A DNA stretch of 64,000 nt, taken from assembly GCA_965646445.1 (NCBI GenBank), contig CBFFZW010000005.1:1-64000 (forward strand), in the 5' to 3' direction. Origin of the DNA: an uncultured Christensenellales bacterium (GTDB lineage Bacteria > Bacillota > Clostridia > Christensenellales > Aristaeellaceae). The translations under genes were made by a program, and so were the position numbers. The notes beneath the pieces are model-generated. The model was not told the DNA's origin and ran no database searches. It saw only the letters and a list, made by a program, of their open reading frames with translations. Below are positions 59,770 to 64,000 of the stretch, piece by piece. Position 1 is the stretch's first letter. Every line of letters starts with the position of its first letter.

Positions 59770-62562
59770 ATGAAAAGATGGCTGGTCGGACTGATGGCGC
59801 TGATGGCGCTGCTGATGGTCGGAGGCGCGTGGGCTGAGGACGGCGGCAGTCAGCGTGTTCGCTATGTGGAATATTCGGCGGAAAAGTCCAATTTGCCCCG
59901 GCCGGACGCGGTGATCCAGGCCACGCCCCAGGGGGAGACGACCCTTGTGGCCGGCCGGGAAGCCTGCCTGGCGCAGGAGGAGGAAAGCATCGTGTATGCC
60001 TTCACCTGCGCCCAGGCCGGGCTGTATCAGCTGCGGCTGAGCTATTATCCCGTGGAAGCCCGGGGCCTAAATATCGAGTACGCCCTGCTCATCGACGGGG
60101 AATCGCCCTTTACCGAGGCGCGGTACAACACGCTCTACCGCATCTGGGAGGATGACGCCGCTCCCGGCTCCCTGCGCGACGCCGCCGGAAACGACATCAT
60201 CCCCGGCCAGCATGAGGCTCCCGCCTGGGTGGAAGCGCTGGTGGAGGATCATACCGGCGCCTACGACGCGCCGTATCTGTTCTACCTGTCCGAGGGCGAC
60301 CACACCCTGACGCTGACGGCCCGCCGGGAAACCCTGGCCGTGGCGGAGGCGGCGTTCCTCAACACGCGCGAGCCTGCCGCCTATGCCCAGGTGGTGGAGG
60401 CCTACCAGGCCGCGGGCTATCAGGCCGCACCCTTTGACGTTCTGACCCTGGAAGCGGAGCAGGCGGCCCGGAAGTCCGATACCGTGCTTTACGGCCGCAC
60501 CGACCGCTCCTCGCCGCTGACCACGCCCTACAGCACCATGCAGACGCGGCTGAACACCATCGGCGGAAGCAGCTGGGGCACCCAGGGCCAGTGGATCGAG
60601 TGGGAATTTGATGTGCCCGCGGACGGCCTGTACCGCCTGGCCTTCCGCGGACGGCAGGACGTGCTCAGCGGCTCGTTCACCACCAGGAAAATCTACATCG
60701 ACGGCGCGCTGCCCTTCGCCGAGCTGGCGGATGTGCGCGTCAACTACGACATGAACTGGCAGATGGTCGAGCTGCCCTATGACCTTTACCTGACGGCGGG
60801 CCGCCACACCCTGCGCATGGAAGCGACCATCGGCAGGCTGTCGGAAATTGTGTCCCTGGCGGACGAGGCGGTTTATCAGCTGAACGCGGCCTACCGCAAA
60901 ATCGTGATGATGACCGGCACCTCGCCGGATACCTACCGGGACTATCAGCTGGATGTGAACATCCCCGAGGTGTTCGACATCTTTGCCCGGCAGGCCGAGG
61001 CGCTGGCCCGCTGCGATGAAATGCTGGTGGAGATGACCGGCGGCCGGGGCAGCATGAACGGCATTCTGCAAACCATGTCCCAGCAGCTCCGGGACTTTGT
61101 GGAAAAGCCCGAAACCGTTCAGAAGCGGCTGAAGACGTACAAGGACAACGTGGGCTCCCTGGGCGCGTGGCTGGTGCAGATGAAGCAGCTGCCCCTGGAG
61201 ATCGACAAGATCTATATCCTCGGCGGGGAAGCGCCCGCGCTGCCTCAGGCGGAAGCGGGCCTGGGCGCGCAGCTGGCGCATGAAATGGGGCTGTTCCATT
61301 CCTCCTTCGTGGTGGACTACGCCGTGATCGGCGCGCTGGACGACAGCCGGGAGAAGCGCTCCGTGGAGGTGTGGGTCTCCGCGGGCCGGGATCAGGCCAA
61401 CATCATCAAGCAGCTCATTGACAACTCCTTTACGCCTCAGAGCAACATCACCGTGAACCTCAAGCTGGTGCAGGGGCAGCTGATGAACGCCACCGCCTCC
61501 GGCCAGGGCCCGGACGTGGTGCTGCAGCTGGGCAACTCCGAGCCCGTGAACTACGCGGTGCGCAAGGCGGCCTACGACCTGACCCGATTTGCGGATTATG
61601 AGGAGGTCGCCTCCCGCTTCCGCCCCAGCGCCATGACGCCCTACGAGCTGGAAGGCGGCGTGTATGCCCTGCCGGAAACCCAGACCTTCTCCGTGATGTT
61701 CTACCGAACCGATGTTTTGGAGGAGCTGGGGCTGACCGTGCCGGACACCTGGGAGGAAATGTTCCATGTGGTGGGCCGCCTTCAGCGCAAGAACATGACC
61801 GCGGGCATTCAGCCGCCCAACAGCATCGCGGGCAACTATACCGCGCTCTCCTCCATGGCGATGCTCCTGTATCAGCGGGGCGGAGAAATGTATCTGGACG
61901 GCAACACCCGCAGCGGATTGGATTCCCTGGAGGCCAAGGAGGCCTTCTCCATGTGGGTGTCCCTGTACGCCGACTATGAGCTTCCCGTGAAGTACGACGC
62001 CCTCACGCGCTTCCGCAGCGGCGAGATGCCCATCGTCATCGAGGACTTCACCTTCTACAACATGCTGCAGGTGGCCGCGCCGGAAATCCGGGGCATGTGG
62101 GACTTCGTCCGGGTGCCCGGTACCGTGCGGGAGGATGGCCGGGTGGATCACAGCGTGTCGGGGACGGGCATCTGCTGCATGATGCTGGACGGCGCCGAGG
62201 ACAAGGACGCGGCCTGGGAATTCATGAAGTGGTGGACCAGCGCGGAGGTGCAGACCCAGTACGGCAAGGATATCGAGAACCAGCTGGGCGTCTCTGCCCG
62301 GTATCCGTCGGCAAATGTCGAGGCCTTCGCCAGCATGCCCTGGTCGGCGGCGGAGCTGGGGATCCTCAACGCGGAATGGATCAACGTCCGGGGCATCCCG
62401 GAGGTGCCGGGCGGCTACTTCACCTCCCGCCACCTGAACAACGCCTTCCGCCGCGTCATCAACTATCATGAGGATCCGGGGGAGACGCTGCTGGATTATG
62501 TGAAGAACATCAACGATGAGATCACGGCCAAACGTCGGGAGTTTGGATTGGAGGCACGGTAA
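59770..62562 (+). CDS. large extracellular solute-binding protein with two N-terminal CBM-like beta-sandwich domains fused to SBP family 1 domain
   Basis: Signal peptide; duplicated motif GLYQLRLSYYP...IDGESPF / GLYRLAFRGRQ...IDGALPF; C-terminal 450 aa SBP-like. Confidence 0.7.
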   Translation: MKRWLVGLMALMALLMVGGAWAEDGGSQRVRYVEYSAEKSNLPRPDAVIQATPQGETTLVAGREACLAQEEESIVYAFTCAQAGLYQLRLSYYPVEARGLNIEYALLIDGESPFTEARYNTLYRIWEDDAAPGSLRDAAGNDIIPGQHEAPAWVEALVEDHTGAYDAPYLFYLSEGDHTLTLTARRETLAVAEAAFLNTREPAAYAQVVEAYQAAGYQAAPFDVLTLEAEQAARKSDTVLYGRTDRSSPLTTPYSTMQTRLNTIGGSSWGTQGQWIEWEFDVPADGLYRLAFRGRQDVLSGSFTTRKIYIDGALPFAELADVRVNYDMNWQMVELPYDLYLTAGRHTLRMEATIGRLSEIVSLADEAVYQLNAAYRKIVMMTGTSPDTYRDYQLDVNIPEVFDIFARQAEALARCDEMLVEMTGGRGSMNGILQTMSQQLRDFVEKPETVQKRLKTYKDNVGSLGAWLVQMKQLPLEIDKIYILGGEAPALPQAEAGLGAQLAHEMGLFHSSFVVDYAVIGALDDSREKRSVEVWVSAGRDQANIIKQLIDNSFTPQSNITVNLKLVQGQLMNATASGQGPDVVLQLGNSEPVNYAVRKAAYDLTRFADYEEVASRFRPSAMTPYELEGGVYALPETQTFSVMFYRTDVLEELGLTVPDTWEEMFHVVGRLQRKNMTAGIQPPNSIAGNYTALSSMAMLLYQRGGEMYLDGNTRSGLDSLEAKEAFSMWVSLYADYELPVKYDALTRFRSGEMPIVIEDFTFYNMLQVAAPEIRGMWDFVRVPGTVREDGRVDHSVSGTGICCMMLDGAEDKDAAWEFMKWWTSAEVQTQYGKDIENQLGVSARYPSANVEAFASMPWSAAELGILNAEWINVRGIPEVPGGYFTSRHLNNAFRRVINYHEDPGETLLDYVKNINDEITAKRREFGLEAR

Positions 62563-62563
62563 G

Positions 62564-63463
62564 ATGACGAGGGATACGCTCTGGGGGAAAATCAGGAAAA
62601 ACAAGGTATCCTATCTGATGCTGGCGCCGTACATGACGCTGTTCATCGTGTTCACCGTGGCGCCGGTGCTGATCTCCATGGGCCTGAGCTTCACCAGCTT
62701 CAACCTGTTCGAGGCGCCCCGCTTCGCGTTCCTGGACAATTACAGAAGCCTGTTCCTGCACGACGAGGTCTTTCTGACGGCGCTGCGCAACACCATGGTC
62801 ATCGCCGTCATTACCGGCCCGGTGAGCTATGCCGCCTGCTTCCTGCTGGCGTGGATGATTACCGACTTCAAGCCCTTTCCCCGGGCCGTGCTGACGACAA
62901 TCTTCTACGCGCCCTCCATTTCCGGCGCGGTGTTCATGATCTGGCAGATCATGTTCTCCTCCGACAGCTACGGCTACATCAACTCCATCCTGACGACCCT
63001 GGGCATCATCAACGATCCCATCCTCTGGCTGGAGGACGGGCGCTACATCCTCTCGGTGGTCATCATCGTTTCCCTGTGGCTGAGCCTGGGCACCTCGTTC
63101 CTGTCCTTTATCGCCGGCCTTCAGAATGTGGACAGAACCCTCTACGAGGCCGGCAGCGTGGACGGCATCACCAACCGCTGGCAGGAGCTGTGGTACATCA
63201 CCCTGCCCTCCATGCGCCCTCAGCTGATGTTCGGTGCGGTGATGCAGATCACCACCGCCTTTGGCGCGGGCGATGTCAGCGCCAAGCTGGCGGGTCTGCC
63301 ATCGGTGGACTACGCCGCCCACACCATTGTCAACCACATCACCGACTACGGCTATACGCGCTTTGAGATGGGCTATGCCTCCGCCGTGGCCGTCATCCTG
63401 TTTGTCCTGATGGTGGGCAGCAACAAGCTGGTGCAGAGGATGCTCAGAAAGGTGGGCAGCTGA
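62564..63463 (+). CDS. polysaccharide ABC transporter permease, LplB-like
   Basis: EAA motif YEAGSVDGITNRWQELWYITLP; ATG 2 nt after upstream stop. Confidence 0.85.
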   Translation: MTRDTLWGKIRKNKVSYLMLAPYMTLFIVFTVAPVLISMGLSFTSFNLFEAPRFAFLDNYRSLFLHDEVFLTALRNTMVIAVITGPVSYAACFLLAWMITDFKPFPRAVLTTIFYAPSISGAVFMIWQIMFSSDSYGYINSILTTLGIINDPILWLEDGRYILSVVIIVSLWLSLGTSFLSFIAGLQNVDRTLYEAGSVDGITNRWQELWYITLPSMRPQLMFGAVMQITTAFGAGDVSAKLAGLPSVDYAAHTIVNHITDYGYTRFEMGYASAVAVILFVLMVGSNKLVQRMLRKVGS

Positions 63464-64000
63464 TGAGACAGAAGACGCACAAGCGCACGGCCGCGCGTAT
63501 CAACCGTAGCCGCGCGGGCAATATCGTGACGGTGTTTTTCCTGCTGGTGCTGGGCGCGTTCATGCTGCTGCCGCTGGTGTTCGTGGTGAGCAATGCCTTC
63601 AAGCCCCTGGACGAGCTGTTCATCTACCCGCCCAAGCTGCTGGTGAACAAGCCCACCCTGGACAACTTCCGGGACATGGCCAAGCTGATGAACCAATCCT
63701 GGGTGCCCTTCTCGCGCTACCTGTTCAACACGGTGGCCCTCACGGCGCTGGGCACGCTGCTGCACCTGATCTTCGCCTCCCTGGCGGCCTACCCCCTGGC
63801 GCGGCACCAGTTCCCCGGGCGCAACCTGATCTTCAGCGCCATCGTGCTGTCGCTGATGTTCTCCCCGGCGGTGACGCAGATTCCCAGCTACATCATCATT
63901 TCCAACATCGGCCTGCTGGACACCTTCTGGGCGACGCTGCTTCCGGCCATCCAGTATTCCCTGGGCCTGTACCTCATCAAGCAGTTCATGGAGACGCTGC
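63463..64000 (+). CDS. carbohydrate ABC transporter permease (LplC-like), 5' partial in window
   Basis: ATG overlapping upstream TGA; TM-rich sequence continuing to window end. Confidence 0.75.
   Translation, partial: MRQKTHKRTAARINRSRAGNIVTVFFLLVLGAFMLLPLVFVVSNAFKPLDELFIYPPKLLVNKPTLDNFRDMAKLMNQSWVPFSRYLFNTVALTALGTLLHLIFASLAAYPLARHQFPGRNLIFSAIVLSLMFSPAVTQIPSYIIISNIGLLDTFWATLLPAIQYSLGLYLIKQFMETL

Noticed and set aside
60067-62604. 845-aa minus-strand ORF
   Set aside because: Antisense to the large solute-binding protein gene
1-64000. CRISPR arrays, tRNA/rRNA genes, transposases/integrases
   Set aside because: No tandem direct repeats with unique spacers, no cloverleaf-like tRNA or rRNA signatures, and no ORF with transposase/recombinase motifs were seen on either strand

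Overview
This 64-kb window is high-GC (about 65%) Firmicutes/Clostridia-type chromosome, probably from a spore-forming Oscillospirales-like gut anaerobe, with compact operons and many translationally coupled genes. I found no rRNA, tRNA or CRISPR array.

**Content, 5' to 3':**
- **93-6240:** coaE, then a membrane/envelope-stress cluster on the minus strand (TPM-domain protein, LemA-like, TelA, XpaC-like), then a SipL-like DUF3794/LysM spore-assembly protein.
- **6340-10010:** a MarR regulator with a frameshifted MATE efflux pump, a YdeI-family protein, and ispE.
- **9765-10050:** a densely structured, apparently non-coding 250-300 bp element.
- **10180-14320:** a four-gene translationally coupled operon (MBL-fold hydrolase, DUF1934, hypothetical, MBL-fold hydrolase), then flotillin and a D-2-hydroxyacid dehydrogenase.
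- **15290-24570:** carbohydrate-utilisation locus 1. Frameshifted GH31, sugar ABC SBP and permeases (two frameshifted), PF12831-type FAD oxidoreductase, and a polytopic histidine kinase with a LuxR-type response regulator.
- **24640-27170:** housekeeping def, yaiI and pyrG.
- **27410-31930:** two secreted proteins of unknown function, then a roughly 2-kb low-GC (about 43%) island carrying a frameshifted fused ABC exporter.
- **31950-39240:** a HlyC/CorC transporter, DegV, and a 1573-aa secreted protein built from at least nine SdrD-B/Cna-B-like repeats with no sortase signal.
- **39320-40330:** a small membrane protein and a GNAT acetyltransferase.
- **40510-50520:** carbohydrate locus 2. A roughly 1100-aa secreted Ig-like plus alpha/alpha-barrel protein (frameshifted), LplB/LplC permeases, a frameshifted LplA SBP, a short paralog of the barrel protein, a degraded REC-domain remnant, and GH172/DUF2961.
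- **50660-53340:** a YesM-type histidine kinase paired with a cupin-AraC regulator.
- **53510-64000:** carbohydrate locus 3. An SBP, a LamG-like lectin-domain protein, a clan GH-A hydrolase, an intact GH31, a 930-aa SBP with N-terminal CBM-like domains, and two permeases (the last is partial at the window edge).

At least nine frameshifts interrupt otherwise intact genes, mostly at homopolymer tracts. That pattern points to assembly error rather than decay, and it should be resolved before any pseudogene is called.

I see no canonical defence, biosynthetic or mobile system in this window. The most novel-looking items are the structured element at 9765-10050, the low-GC island with the ABC exporter, and the unclassified paralogous alpha/alpha-barrel proteins in locus 2.
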